Assembly (NCBI RefSeq): GCF_009914755.1
Contig: NC_060945.1
Strand: one strand, 5' to 3'
DNA length: 64,000 nucleotides
From: the human T2T-CHM13v2.0 reference genome, Homo sapiens
Shown here: one piece after another, positions 13,778 through 29,057 of the stretch
How positions within the stretch are numbered: the stretch's first letter is position 1
Layout of the letters: each line of letters begins with the position of its first letter
Translations under genes and position numbers: made by a program
The notes under the pieces: model-generated
Databases searched by the model: none
The model's input: only the letters and a program-made list of their open reading frames with translations
What the model was told of the DNA's origin: nothing

Positions 13778-15255
13778 AAGCTAATAAACACCATAACAAT
13801 GCTTCTTTCTCTGAATTCATTTAGAACTTGCTAAGCATCCTAATGTAGTTATCAATGAGGAATCCTATACTGCATTGTAAGAAGACGTATGAATGTTTTA
13901 AAAAATATGTTTTTACAAGTCTCTAGTGTTTGAGTTTATTCGGGTCTATTGGTTCAAGGGTTCTAGTATTAAAGTCACAAGTGATTAAGCGCCACACTAC
14001 ACAATTATCTATCCATTATTTAGCACAGAGATTTGGAACAGAGGAGGCAAGTCAGTAGAAAATTGTATAAATTTTAGTACTTTTTATGATTTCCTTAAAA
14101 AACAGAAAATAAATGAAAATAAAATATACATTAAGTAAAAAGAGGTATAAATGTAATGTTACTATATATTTCATTTCTTGAGTAACATATGAAAGATTTT
14201 TTTAAAGTCACATTTAGGCTAAGACAATTTTCTTTAAAATAGCTCTGTTAAATTTTGGACAAAGTGTCTTTGCCTTTCTCTCATTCTTCATTTTCTCTTT
14301 CATTTTCTTTTTTCATCTATCCTAAGTACAGAAGTCACAAAATAGATAGCATAAAATATTTATTGAGCTCTTCAAATATCCATTCAAAAATTCTCTGATA
14401 AAGACAATTTTCAAAGCACCACCAAAGAGAGATGACTCAAAGGACCAGCAAGCAATTTAAATATCTCATGTAATACTTAATTTTAAGTATCTCTTTGCAT
14501 ATCTATCGGTCTCATTATTTTCCAAAAGTCTGACCCTGGAGTTCTGATACCCAAACTCATTTGAATGTATGGATTTTTCCTTCCTCATTAGAGTAGAATG
14601 TAAAGATTTTTCTTTCCTTATTATGGTTCAGCTCACTTATACCTATTAAATAACTGGTGAGAATGTTTTGACTTCATCTTTACCCTTAAATTTAACATTT
14701 AAATATAAATATCAGTTGCACTTTAAAAATTCACATATCCACTAAGCATTCAGTTTAGAAAGTGTTGTGTACATCATGAGAAATAGAACTGTATGATGTA
14801 AGATTTGTGCTTTATTTAGCATGGGTGATAAATGTATTTATATTACAGCGTACATGTTTGCTTTTGACCATTTTTGTTTTGTCCAAATTTTCACAATAAG
14901 GCCCAAAATATTCACTTGTATGTTCTCTTCAATCCTCTATCTCAATTCTACTTTGCATCCAAGTATCTGGGATGAAAAGAAAATTAGTCGAAAGTTTTAG
15001 GACTTTAAGTGAGTAGATTTTTATTACTGCCCTGAAAAAAAAAATTAAAAAGGAAATGTCATGAAAACAATGGGTTCTAGAAAAAAAAAGCTGATATTTC
15101 TAATACAGTAAGAAAATAGATGTAATTGTCAACTCCAAAGGAGGTCATTTCACTAGCACATCCTATGGAGTGGCTGAGCTGTTAGCAGCAGAAGGCTATC
15201 CTAATGACAAACATACAACCAAAAGCCCCAGACAAGCAAACTGTTGCACACAGGG

Positions 15256-15256
<1 letters not shown>

Positions 15257-15296
<40 letters not shown>
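15257..15296. repeat. (TG)20 microsatellite
   Basis: Seen directly. Confidence 0.98.
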
Positions 15297-15300
<4 letters not shown>

Positions 15301-15339
15301 TGTATGCTTGCATATATGTTTCAACTGAAATCCACTTGT

Positions 15340-15600
15340 GTTTGAGCCTTTGATAATATTCGGACTGGACTTCGTGTTACTAAAATCTAGATTTCAAAGT
15401 GTGCTTTCAGAAACAGGGAACCCTGAGATGTTCCCTGGCTAGACGCTCTTTTGATGGATTCATGATTGCTGAGCTAGCCTTTCAAAGGGCCACAATAACT
15501 TTACTTCCAGGAAATAGCATCAGGTCAACAAATTACTTGTTTGTGGTCTGTTTGTTTTCTCAGGTCTGGATTTTCTTTGATCTTGGGTAAGCTCAAACTA
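15340..15600. promoter_or_regulatory. Candidate enhancer: four TCF/LEF-type sites plus a STAT palindrome
   Basis: CTTTGAT 15348, TTCAAAG 15393, TTCAAAG 15481, CTTTGAT 15575; TTCCAGGAA 15505-15513; non-repeat sequence; motif evidence only. Confidence 0.35.
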
Positions 15601-17893
15601 ATTTGGAATAAAATGAAAACAGTTCTCTGCTTCCCCACCTTTAATCAGTAATACCCCTGACTGTTTTAATTAGAAGCAAAAGAACAGTTCTCTGTCAACT
15701 CAAGGCAAAGGACACACAGTCCTGCCGTGGCAGAGGGAGTTGGATCCCAGGGTGGAAAGCAAGGCAATATGAAATAACGTTTGGCCCTATTTTCTTAGGG
15801 AAAAAGAGTAAGGTTTTGCTTCACTCTAGTTTAAGTTACAGCACACCCTTTCCTCTTTATTTTTTGTTACTTCTCTTCTACCGTCCAATAATTCTTCCAA
15901 CCCTGCCTCTGTTCCCAATTGGTACTGTAAGGTACTGGCATTTTCCACAGGAGATTCTTGACTATAATCCTTCAATCAACTTGCTGAGTTAAGCATACGC
16001 TTTCATCAAAAACTGTATAAAACCTGTGTGGCAAAGACTGATACCTTTTGTTCTTTGGTTGGAATCAAAGTGTATACTTTAAACCATCTTTTATGAAACC
16101 AGAACTTTTATTTCTCCTTATCATTTCTCTTCAGTAGGACTGCTATAAATTAGACATAGCAGCTCTTGTTTTTATTAAACAGCACATTACTGAGACAATT
16201 TATTCAAAATGCAAGATTTCATAAGCTGTACCAGTAGCTTCAAAAGGGTGAATACAGGTTTTAGAATTTGGTACCCTTACACAACACAAATCTATAATGT
16301 TTTCATGTAACTATATAGAAGTGCATTTTTGTTAATATCATTTCCTCTTTTTGGTTAGTGTTTCTTCTTCACTTCCTTATGAATTATGCATAAGTGAGAA
16401 AACAAGACTTTTTTCATGTACAATGATCCTATTTTCCTGAACAGAACCCTGGCTGAACGGTATTAAAATTCAGGTTCCAAAATGAGCCAGTGGTAGAGAA
16501 GAAATAGAGTGGAAATTTAACACATCCATTTATTATACACTGCAAAATGCAACAGGGACAGATGCCTCATGATATTTCTCCTCAGCTGTGATCACTTTCT
16601 CTACAATGTTGAACTAGTGGCTCTTGCTCTAGGGACTATCTGGACAATTACCTGCAGCTTGGAGTCATTACGGAGATGATCGTCAAGGAACTGGCTCATT
16701 TGGGTTACACTCACTGCTCTGTTCCTAACTTCCTGTGTAAATAACTCTGGAGCTTAAACTTTTCTTATCTATATTATAAAAATATGCAAATAATTTCTAA
16801 TATTTAGAAAAGTTATATAATTTTAATTCTAAATGTAACTGACAGATGGCGGAATTTCTCCCTTTTTTGGCAACACTGTTTTTAAAGTTTAGAATAGAGA
16901 TTTTGGTCATCTCAATCACTGCCTCTCTCTAGCCCTGGTATCAGCATGTTTAAGTCATCCGAACACTGTACACACCATGAAATTCTACAAGAAGATATTA
17001 TGTAAATGAGCCAAATTTACAACTTTGGATAGAGAAACTGATTTTAAAAATATAGTTAATAATCCATAAATGATGAAGAGGTATGTTTTCTGCTAGCTTA
17101 TAGTTATGGTGGTGGAGTGAGGGGCAGTTGTGTTCTCCTCTTTGTATTTCCTCTGGACGGTAATGTACTTATTCTCTAATGCAGCACCTTTTAATAAATG
17201 TTTAGTTTCTAAGCTCTTGTGATTTTGTTAGTCTCAGCATTTTCTTATTTTTCAGCAGAACTGGCTGTGAATTAGAATCTTTTCTATAAAGTTGCTATAA
17301 AATTGCCACCAACAACCAAAACTCAGCCAGCTGACACACTACCAAAAGTGGTGTGATTATTACAAAGTGCCCCCACATATTTTTGTGTGACCCTACATGA
17401 ACAACAACAAAATTTGGGATGCTCTCCTTTCAATTTTAAGCAGAGGAATTAGTTCAACTAAGCAAATGGTCAAGGATAATAAGATTCCTGAGAGAGTAGA
17501 GAAAAAACAGGGACAATTGTATTTATCTTTTGTAAAATCAAGTTTATAAGAATATGTCTCAGAGCCACAGTTAATAAAATATCTATTTTGTTTTCTTGAG
17601 AACCACAATGAAGGTATTAGTGTAAAAGGTCATCCATAGATGCCCTACGGAGTTAACAGCACAATTGAGCTCTTGCTGCTTCTGTTACAAGAGTGCTTCA
17701 AACACACCATTCAACTGATCACATCTATTAGACCTTGTTAGAGTCCCTCACCCCATTCTTGCAACAGTTCTCAGAAAATAAGAGGAATGTGGTTTTCAGA
17801 GACTTATGTCTCTCCTGGAGCCCCCTTAATGGCAGGGTGAGGTGGGAGAGCATGGAGGAAGCCTCTCAAGAAGTGAGACACATGCACTTTCCA

Positions 17894-18214
17894 GATGATG
17901 ATGATGATGATTATTATTATTATTATTATTTTTGACGGAGTCTCGCTCTGTTGCCCAGGCTGGAGTGCAGCTGGTTGATCTTTCAGCTCACTGCAACCTC
18001 CACCTCCTGGGTTCAAGTGATTCTCCCACCTCAGCCTCCTGAGTAGCTGGGACTACAGGCACCTACCATCATGCCCAGCTAATTTTTGTGTTTTTTTGGA
18101 GACAGGTTTTCACCATGTTGGCCAGACTGGTCTTGAACTTCTGACCTCAGGTTATCTGCCCGTCTCAGCCTCCCAAAGTGCTGGGGTTATAGGTGTGAGC
18201 CGCCACACCCAGCT
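17894..18214 (-). mobile_element. AluS-like with (GAT)n(TAT)n-derived tail
   Basis: 20 bp flanking repeat gacacatgcactttccagat/gacacatacactttctagat. Confidence 0.94.
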
Positions 18215-18232
18215 GACACATACACTTTCTAG

Positions 18233-18366
18233 ATTGTTATTTATTTATTTGTTTGTTTGTTTTTGAGACAGAGTCTTGCTCTGTCAACCAGGCTGGAGTG
18301 CAGTGGCACAATCTTGGCTCACTGCAACCTCTGCCGCCCGGGTTCAAGTAATTCTCCCACCTCAGC
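18233..18366 (-). mobile_element. 5'-truncated Alu right-arm fragment
   Basis: Flanked by 'actttctag' on both sides. Confidence 0.9.
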
Positions 18367-18800
18367 TACTTTCTAGGTCTTGTAGGACAGGAAGTTGCCA
18401 CATGGTGAGAAGGAAAAAGGTCAGATTATGAGCAGGAACTGAGTAATTTTTACCTATGACCCTGGGACTCATTTAAACTCTAATCAAACAGAGAAAAGTA
18501 CAGTAACCAAAATTATTCTTAAGACAGATTATGCATGTATATATCATTGATTTTATTGCCTAATTCAGCAGAGGAATTACTAATAGATATTTTGCTAATT
18601 CTACAGGAAGATAGTGTGGAAACATAAGCTAACCAATGCCTCATTTCTGATGTTTCTTACCTAGTATGGTGATTAGCGTCAGTGTTTTTAAATCATTCTC
18701 TAAAAAGCACATCCCTGCCTGATTTTCTTTCCATGTGTTCTGTTGATTACTGAGAAAGAAATGTCAAAGTCTTCAACTGTAATAGTGGATCTATGTGTTT

Positions 18801-19168
18801 GTTTTATTTATTTATTTTTAAATGTTTTATTTCCATAGGCTTTGGGGAACAGGTGGTATTTTGGTTACATGAGTAAGTTCTTTCGTGGTGATTTGTGAGA
18901 TTTTGGTGCACCCAACATCCAAGCAGTATACACTGAATGCAATTTGTAGTCTTTTATCCCTCACTCCCCTCCCACCCTTTCCCCTAGTCCCCAAAGTCCC
19001 TCCTATCATTCTTATGCCTTTGCATCCTCACAGCTTAGCTCCCACTTATGAGTGAGAATGTACGATGTTTGGTTTTTCCATTCCTGAGTTACTTCTCTCA
19101 GAATAACAATCTCCAGTTCCATCCAACTTGCTGCAAATGCCATTCATTCATTCCTTTTTATGACTGAG
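18801..19168 (-). mobile_element. L1PB 3' end, 5'-truncated
   Basis: 'ggggaacaggtggtattttggttacatgagtaagttctt'; TSD 'gtttgtttta'. Confidence 0.88.
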
Positions 19169-19219
19169 TTTGTTTTAATTTTCCTTTCAGTTTATTCAGT
19201 TTTGGCTTTATGTATTTGG

Positions 19220-19968
19220 TTTGTTTGTGTTTGTTATTGTAGTAAAATACACATAATATAAAATTTATCATTCTAACTATTTTAAGTGTAACATTCAATA
19301 GTATTAAATACATCCAGAATGTCATGCACCCATCACCACCATAACACTTTTTTGTCTTGTAAAACTGAACTCCCCATTCCTCCCTCTCTCCAGCTCCTGG
19401 CACCAACCATTCTATTTCTTATCTCTATGATTTTTGACTATTCTAATTACCTCATGTAAGTAGACTCATACCATATTTGCCTTTTTACGACTGGCTTATT
19501 TCACTTAGCATAATGTCCTTAAGGTTCATCCATGTTGTAGCATTTATCATAATTTTCTTTCCTTTTAAGGCTAAATAATATTCTATTGTATGTATATACC
19601 ACACTTTGCTTATCCATTTATCTGTTGATGGAAACGGGTTTCTTCCACATTTTGCTATCATGAGTAATGCTGAAATAAATTTGGTAAATATCTCTTCAAG
19701 ACCCTGATTTTAGTTATTTTGGATATATACCCAGAAACGTAAATGCTGTATTATATGGTAACTGTATTTTTAATTTTTTGAGGCACCACCATACTTTCTT
19801 CCAGCTGTACAATCTTATACTCCTATCAATACTACACAAGGGTTCTAATTTCTCCACATGCTTGCTAACATTTGTTATTTTCTGTTTTTTGTTTTTTAAT
19901 AGGAGTCATCCTAATGGGTATTGAGTGCTATTTTCTTGTTTTGATTTGAAGTTCTCTGATGATTAATG
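19220..19968 (-). mobile_element. L1MB-like 3' end (non-inverted part of a 5'-inverted L1)
   Basis: 'gtaaaatacacataatataaaatttatcatt...ctcctggcaccaaccattcta'. Confidence 0.85.
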
Positions 19969-20319
19969 AACACAGAATAGAATAGAGAGCTCATAAGCAA
20001 ATCCTCACATGTATGGTCAAATGTTTTTTGACAAGGGTGCTGTGATTATTAAATGAGAAAAGAACAATCTTTTCAATAAATGATACTGAAAACTATATCC
20101 ACAAGCAAAATAAAGAAATTGGACCTTTACCTAACTCCATATACAAAAATTAACCCAAAATGGGTTAAAGACCTAAATATAAGACTTAAAATTATAAAAC
20201 TCTTAGAAGGGAACACAGGGCAAAAGCTTCCCAACGTTAGATTTGGCAGTAACTTCTGGGATATAACCAAAGGCACAGGCAACACAACAAAAAATACAAA
20301 GAAAAATTGGGCATCATAA

Positions 20320-20628
<309 letters not shown>

Positions 20629-20926
20629 TTTTTTTTTTTTTTGAGACAGCGTCTTGCCCTGTCACCCAGGCTGGAGTGCAGTGGTACAACCTCGGCTCAC
20701 TGCAACCTCCGCCGCCTGGATTCCAGTGATTCTCATCCCTCAGCCTCCCAAGTAGCTGGGATTACAGGCATGTGACACCATGCCCAGCTAATTTTCATAT
20801 TTTTAGTAGAAACAGGGGGTCTCACTATGTTAGCCAGGCTGGTCTCAAACTCCTGATCTCAAGTAATCCACCCGCCTCAGCCTCTTGAAGTGCTGGGATT
20901 ACAAGCATGAGCCACTGCACCCAGCC
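20629..20926 (-). mobile_element. AluS/J-like, head-to-tail with the previous Alu
   Basis: Full dimer; the pair is flanked by catcataa/caccataa. Confidence 0.93.
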
Positions 20927-21423
20927 ACCATAAAAATTTTTTTAAAATTATTTATCAAAATCACAGACAAAAGGCAATCCACAGAATAGGAGAAAATATT
21001 TGCGAATGAAATATCTGATAAGAGATTAATAACCAAAATACACACAGACCTCCTAAAACTCAACAACAACAAAAACAAACAAGTCTATTTAAAAATGGGC
21101 AAGAGAATAAATATACATTTCTCCAAAGAATATACAACTGGCTTTAGTATTGGCTTCAAAATAGTATTTTGAAGCTCTACTATTAGATACATATACAATT
21201 AGGGTTTTTATCTCTTCTTGGCAACTTGACCCTTTGATTTTTATGTAATATCTCTCATTGTTCCTTTTAAATTTCTCTGCTCTGAAATATGCTTTGATAA
21301 TCATTTAGTCACTTCAGCTTTCTCTTCATTAGTGTTTCCATGGTATCCTTTTCCCTATCCTTTTATTTTTAACTTATTTATATCATTACATAAAGTAACA
21401 TTTTATGGAAAGGATATATTTGA

Positions 21424-21755
<332 letters not shown>

Positions 21756-23480
21756 GACAATGTCTGTATTTTACTTGGTTTGTGTAGCCATTTACATTTA
21801 ATGTAAATATTGGGATTTTGAATTATGCCTACCACTCTATCATGTATGTTTACTTTTTCTTCCCTTTGCTTTATTTTTCTGTTTCCCCTTCCCTGCCTTC
21901 TTTTGTTATTTGAACATTTTCAGTTTAACCAAGTTTGAGTTTTGCTGCTGCTACTTCTTTTATTTACTGCAGGCTTCGTATTGTTTTACAGGACCGTTGC
22001 CTTGTGCTCAAAGGGGTGGCTGAAGTGCCAGAGATTTTTGGTTTTCTGCTCTTTGTTTTTTTGTTTTTTTTCTTAGTGTTTGTGATGTACCTTCAACTTT
22101 CATAATCTCTGCAAACTGCACTGCAGCAGGGGTCTCACTCCATAGTACTGTCCTCCTCCCATACTGGTAGCCTGCTCTTACCTTTTGGATTCTGGGCTAG
22201 TGGTGGTGTCTGGCAAGGATTCACTCTTGTCCACGTTCAGCCTCAGCTTAGACAGACCTTGCGTGCCAGGCTTCCTGGGGAGGAGGGAACTTTCTCAGCA
22301 TTCTTACTCCTTCACCTCATGTCAGCCAGCTATGTCCTTGTTCTGTGGTTGGTTCTTACAAGGTATTCTCTGATCCTACCCCATGATAGCAGACCTCGAA
22401 TTGGTGATAGATAATAGATTCTGGGCCCAGGATAGTTTTTACAGGAATTTTTCTTCTGCTTTTTCCACAGTGAAAATGGGTCTTTGTCAGTGTCCTTAAA
22501 GTGTGGGTTGTTGTCCCTCCTCCAAGTGCTGTAGGTCTTTGATTCATAGGAGAAAAGACTAAATATAATTGTAGGAATTTGTATCTCCCAGGCCCCAGTA
22601 GCTACAGATCATTTTCTACAGTCTTGCGTCAGCAAGAACAGCTCTTTTTGGTCTGTTCTGTTCCAGACTATCTCATAAATTACTGCAGGAGGTACTTTTA
22701 AAAGAGCTTGCAAGAGAGTATCTGGGCCCTCAATTATTTCAGCCGTACCTGAAAGCTAGCTCACCCTTGGCATTTAATAATTTTATAAAATTTCAGCTGA
22801 TTTTTAAATTTTCTTTCATGGAAGCTGTTGAGTAGCCCCTTATTTCCCTAATTCTTTGACTCAGATAAGACTATTCTTCTGTTTTATCTCTTATTATAGA
22901 GGTATGTTCCTCTTTGGAATTTAAGTAATTTGGTTGGACTGCAACCTCAGGTATCTAATGTGCTCAAAAAAGTTATAATTTTATGGGTTTTTTTTTTTTT
23001 TGTCTTTATCTCATTGTTAGAATGGGAACAATGTTCTTTTCAGCTTTCTACATCTTAGCCAGAAACAGAAATCTCTTTCCTTTGGTATGGCTCCACCTAT
23101 ATGATATCAAGATAATTTAATAGTATGTAGCCACAGTGCACTAGGAAAATTAATTGGCTTTTACCAGCTTTCTGCTGATAATGCCTTAACTTGAAGAAGT
23201 TAAATAATTTTGGAAAAGTCAGATATTGGGAACAATCAAATTTCGAATATACACATCCAATATAATCAGATAAGTAGTAAATAGTTAACAACAACAATTA
23301 ACGTCAGAAAATAGATCCAAGCTCTCATACATTTGTCTATCAAGATAAAAGCTTCAGGGGAATAGACAGCTTTTATCATAATAAACCATAAAGGTAAATC
23401 CCTCCTCCCTCACACAACACACATTCTTTTTTTTTTTTTTTTTTTTTGTATTGTGAGATTTTTATTAGAAACGTTTTTCT

Positions 23481-24344
<864 letters not shown>

Positions 24345-25540
24345 CTTCTATTACAACTACTTTTAAGGTAATATATAACAATCAAACTAGAATCCAAACA
24401 ACTATAATCTTAAACTAATGTACAAAGAGAGGGGACATTTACAATCTTTTTCATGGATAGCCAATCAATAAATCATCTCAACTCGTGTCAATAGAGGCTT
24501 AGTTCAACTTTCCACACCTCATAGATACTCGAAACATAATATCATCAAGTTGCAAATATTCATATAGAGGGTTGTTTATGCTCACTGGACTATGTTTAGG
24601 CAAGAAAAAATGTCTTGAGAAATTTTATAAACCATTTAAGCAATGTGTACAGGAATAAAATGACATTATCCACTAATGTTTAGTTTAACATAAAATTAGA
24701 TTAACTAGAACATCCTATTCCCAAAGAAATGCAGTCAGTAATGGATTTATAATAACAAGAATTAGAAATATTTATGAAAATTTCTTCTGAGAACGTCACT
24801 GAATTTTCATCTGTGTAACTTAAGTTATTCCTCCAAGATCCCTATGAAGTAGGAAAATGTTTTATCTTCACCACATGACAAAGTACACGAGTAGTTAAGT
24901 ATCTTACCACAGGATATTTTGGTAGAAAACAACATAATTCTATTTGTTCAGACATTTACATTTGAATTAATTTACAAATGCATGTAATAAACCATCTAAG
25001 TCATTTTTATAACTCTTTAAAAATCCCAAGAGCATACAGTGCATTTATACTGCTGGAGATTAGCTAACAGTTAAAGATAAGAAACAATCAATAAAATAAT
25101 CATTGTACAGGAAATACTATCGTGTAATTGTGCACACTTATCAGGGATTAACTCTCTCCTTAATCTTTAATAAACTTCATCTTAGAAAATACCTAGCCCG
25201 CATCTTTCTTCTTTCAACTGTATCCTTAACTTTATTTTCAGATAAAGTGCCTTATGAACAAACATTTGATTGTCCATTAAAACTGTCCTGCTCTTTTAAA
25301 ATCCAGTTTAAATTCTTTTCTGAGTACCAAACTGATATCTTTGCCGGTTTTTATTTTGTTTTGTTTTTAAATGGAACAGAACACAATATCTTTTGGACAG
25401 CTACAATGCTTATTCAAAAGTAGTGTTGAGATGAGAAGTAATCCTTTTTAATGTTTTACCAAAGAACTGCTTTAATGTTATGCGGTGCTAATAACTGCTT
25501 TAATCCTTTAGATTTCTTTTAGCCAAAAACAGAGTGATGA

Positions 25541-25742
25541 GTTCCTCTATACTTAGTCTGTAACTTTGTTTAATATTCTTTCAATAAACTTTTAAGAAAT
25601 AATCTTAATTTTGAATGTGTTGGTTGTTTTCTAACTCAAGTACATTGAATAAGTTACGAACAAATACCAGCCCTTCAGCTAAATAATAGACATCTTTCTG
25701 GAAAGTGACACTGTTCCCTTCCTCTAAAGATAAAGCAAAATA
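25541..25742 (+). repeat. Dispersed copy A of a ~200 bp local duplication
   Basis: Shares 'gttcctctatacttagtct', 'gttttctaactcaag', 'tcctctaaagataaagcaaaata' with 27643-27845. Confidence 0.9.
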
Positions 25743-25839
25743 ATGCATTGAATGTTACACCAAATACCTTACTAGAGAGTTTTACAGAGATATTTCCTGA
25801 TGTCATAGGGAGGGCTTCAGCTTCTATAATAAAGAAGAA

Positions 25840-25960
25840 TTTGGTTAAAATTCTAAGTTTACTTAGTCAAATGTGTGACCTGGATCCGTGAGTCTCTTTC
25901 CTCATCTATAGGATAGGGATTATAATGTATCATTTTAAAGGTAGTTGTCAAGAGCCAATG
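25840..25960 (+). mobile_element. MIR fragment
   Basis: 'tgtgtgacctgg...tttcctcatctata'. Confidence 0.45.
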
Positions 25961-26089
25961 TTTTAAATATTTAAATAGCCCTATAGAGAACGTGGAGCTT
26001 CATGAAAGAGAAAATATTTCTTTCTTTGTTTTCTATGCCTATAGCCTACTCAGACATTGAGTTTATGTATATTTTGTACTTACTATTGA

Positions 26090-26490
<401 letters not shown>

Positions 26491-27399
26491 TAAAATAAAA
26501 TAAAAAATACTCTGTTTCCAAGCCCTGTTTTCTAATAGATCACACCTACACTTTTAGAAATAGATTTCTAGCCTCCCAACCATTGCAATAGATGCAGAAG
26601 TTTCTACAAAATATTTAGACAATTATTTTAATCTTTGCTGAAACATTTCTAGTGATAGGCGTAGAACCTCCAATTTTATTTATATATTTAAATAATTTAG
26701 TCAATGTCTAAATCTCTATAATTGCCCAGTTTAAGTCTTATGGACCTTCATAAACAAATTCTAACTCTCCTTTGTTGTGAGAATCTTTTAAGGACCGTGT
26801 TCATGATCTATAGTGAATATGTTGTTCTTCTCTGTCCACATTCCCTTCTTGAGCTGTTTTTCCTTCCTTCACTCCTTGCAGCCTTGGTGAGACTCTCTTG
26901 GTGGCCTGTGATTGGAGTGACCAGAAGTTAACACTCTGTCCCTTGTATAGTCATGATTCCAGGGGCTGGCACAAGAACAAAGCAAAACCATTCTCGGCCT
27001 TCATGGCTAAATAAGCAATGATCTCCCCTTTTTGCTTAAGATAATCTGAGTGGTATTCAGTTGCTTCATTAGCAATTAATGACTTGTGAATATACTTTGT
27101 CTATATCATAGTTTTTCTTTTATTTTCCCTCTGTAACAACGCTTTGTCCATCTTCAGTGTTAAGCCTATTTCAGACTCTTTACCATACATTGTTCTTTTT
27201 TTCCAAATGATGCATTTTTTTCTGCTTTTCTTAAAATGAATTTCCAAGAAATTAGCAAAAATATGCTAATGACCAATGCAGAGACTATGCACCAGCACCC
27301 TCCTTGTTCTGATTGCTGTTTTTCTAATAATGAAGCCTAAGTTGGCATAGCTTTGCTGGCACCCCATCACCTAATTTCCTGGCATTGAGTTTGTGAACA

Positions 27400-27752
27400 A
27401 GTAAACTCCTGGGGCATCCTAGTTGACCACCAGACAAAAGAATGAGGGTGAAGGTAGGGTGTTAAAGCCCTAGGGTGCCTTCCTATGAGGTTTCCTGCAG
27501 GCATTGGCCACTGCTCTTCGCAAAGCAGCTAATTCTCTGCATCCCCTTCTCCCTCCTGGTTCTGGCAACTTCTCTCTCTACTCCTGACTTTGAATTTAGG
27601 TTTGGTAACAGTTTCACTGATGCTAGCCCATATTCTTTCAAGGTTCCTCTATACTTAGTCTATATTTTTGTTTAATATATTTTTTCCACAAACTTTAAAA
27701 AAAAATCTTATTTTGAGTGTGTTGTTTTCTAACTCAAGCACATTGAATAAGT
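27400..27752 (+). mobile_element. Ancient ERVL LTR (LTR33/LTR41-like) 3' portion
   Basis: 'ccttctccctcctggttctggcaac...tttaggtttggtaacag...tgctagccc...ttttgagtgtg'. Confidence 0.45.
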
Positions 27753-27845
27753 TAAGAACAAACACCAGAACCTTAGCTGAATAATATTGTAGACACCTCT
27801 ATGCAGAGTGACACTGATCCCCTCCTCTAAAGATAAAGCAAAATA
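27643..27845 (+). repeat. Copy B (probable donor) of the ~200 bp duplication
   Basis: See 25541-25742. Confidence 0.9.
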
Positions 27846-28579
27846 TCATTTTATTAAAATTAATAGAAATAAAATGGTACTTGTTATATAATAAAATAGT
27901 ATTAAAATATTAAAATGTTTTGCTAATATAACAAAATAGTATTTAATAAATATTATTGAATATAATATTTTCTATAATATAAAGCTAGATTATAATATAA
28001 ATACAATGTAACATTTGCTATGAATAAATATTCCCATGGTTGGCATTTCAGCAGTGAGGTACAGTTGCATTAATAGGTACATGTCCTTTCCCTAATATCT
28101 AATAATATAAAATTAAGAGTAGTTGGAGATGAAAAAATAGGACATAATTTTATGAGCATGGAAATAATAAAGACTGTGTTTGCTCACAATAAATGCAATA
28201 CCGCTACCCCATCCTCTCAGTGATTCACATTAAACACTGAATATTTGCCTTATAACAGGAGGGAAGAAAAGATCAAAGACTATTAAACAAGGCTGAGAGT
28301 TACGGCCCAAGGATTTAGTTGCGGCATAACTTCTTGAAAACCACTTCTCTATTCAAAGGGGAAGTGCTTGAGATAGTTTTGTTAGAAGGTCATTGTCTTC
28401 TTTTAGAAGGCGTATGATTTTGTATGTGTATTCATGTGTATGCCCACATGACACAAAAACTTTTTAGATATGCCACAGAATAGTGAGAATAAAAGTGGGG
28501 AGGAAGAGCTCTATTTGTAGACCCCTTAAATACAAGCTATAAACAATGCATTTGACATTTTGTGCAATCACTCTGAATT

Positions 28580-28665
28580 CTAATTTTAAAATTAAAATTA
28601 AATTTAAAATTAAATCTAAAATGAAAATAAAATTAAAATTAAAATAACTATTTTAATTTTAAAAA
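28580..28665. repeat. (TAAAAT)n-like AT-rich low-complexity tract
   Basis: Seen directly. Confidence 0.8.
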
Positions 28666-29057
28666 TATTTTTTGAAGATATTTTTATTTATGTGAATAAG
28701 CATTTTTTACAGAGTTAAGAGTTACAGTCAATGGTGTACATGTTTTTAAATCTCTGAACATATATTGTCAAATTGCTCTAATAAAATTATATAAATTTAT
28801 ATTTCAAACAATCATATAAAAAGTGCTGGTCTCACACTGTGATGAGTCGCATTGCGGAATCAATCTTTAATTGCAAACTTTTTTCCTGCAACAGTCAAAA
28901 TTCTTGGGTGATGGGCAGACAACTGGAAGGCGGGTACCCTGTTTTGTATAGAAACATCCTTTGTTTATAATGTCTGCTCTGTTTACTTAATCCAGACCTC
29001 ACCATTTTACTTTGATCCCACATAAAACTCAAGAAGCAATATTAAGAACTAACACTG

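Noticed and set aside
16835-16852. CTCF-like 'ctgacagatggcgg'
   Set aside because: The 5' half mismatches the core at three positions.
23426-23447. Orphan poly-T tract
   Set aside because: No TSD or attached retroelement body; ordinary homopolymer.
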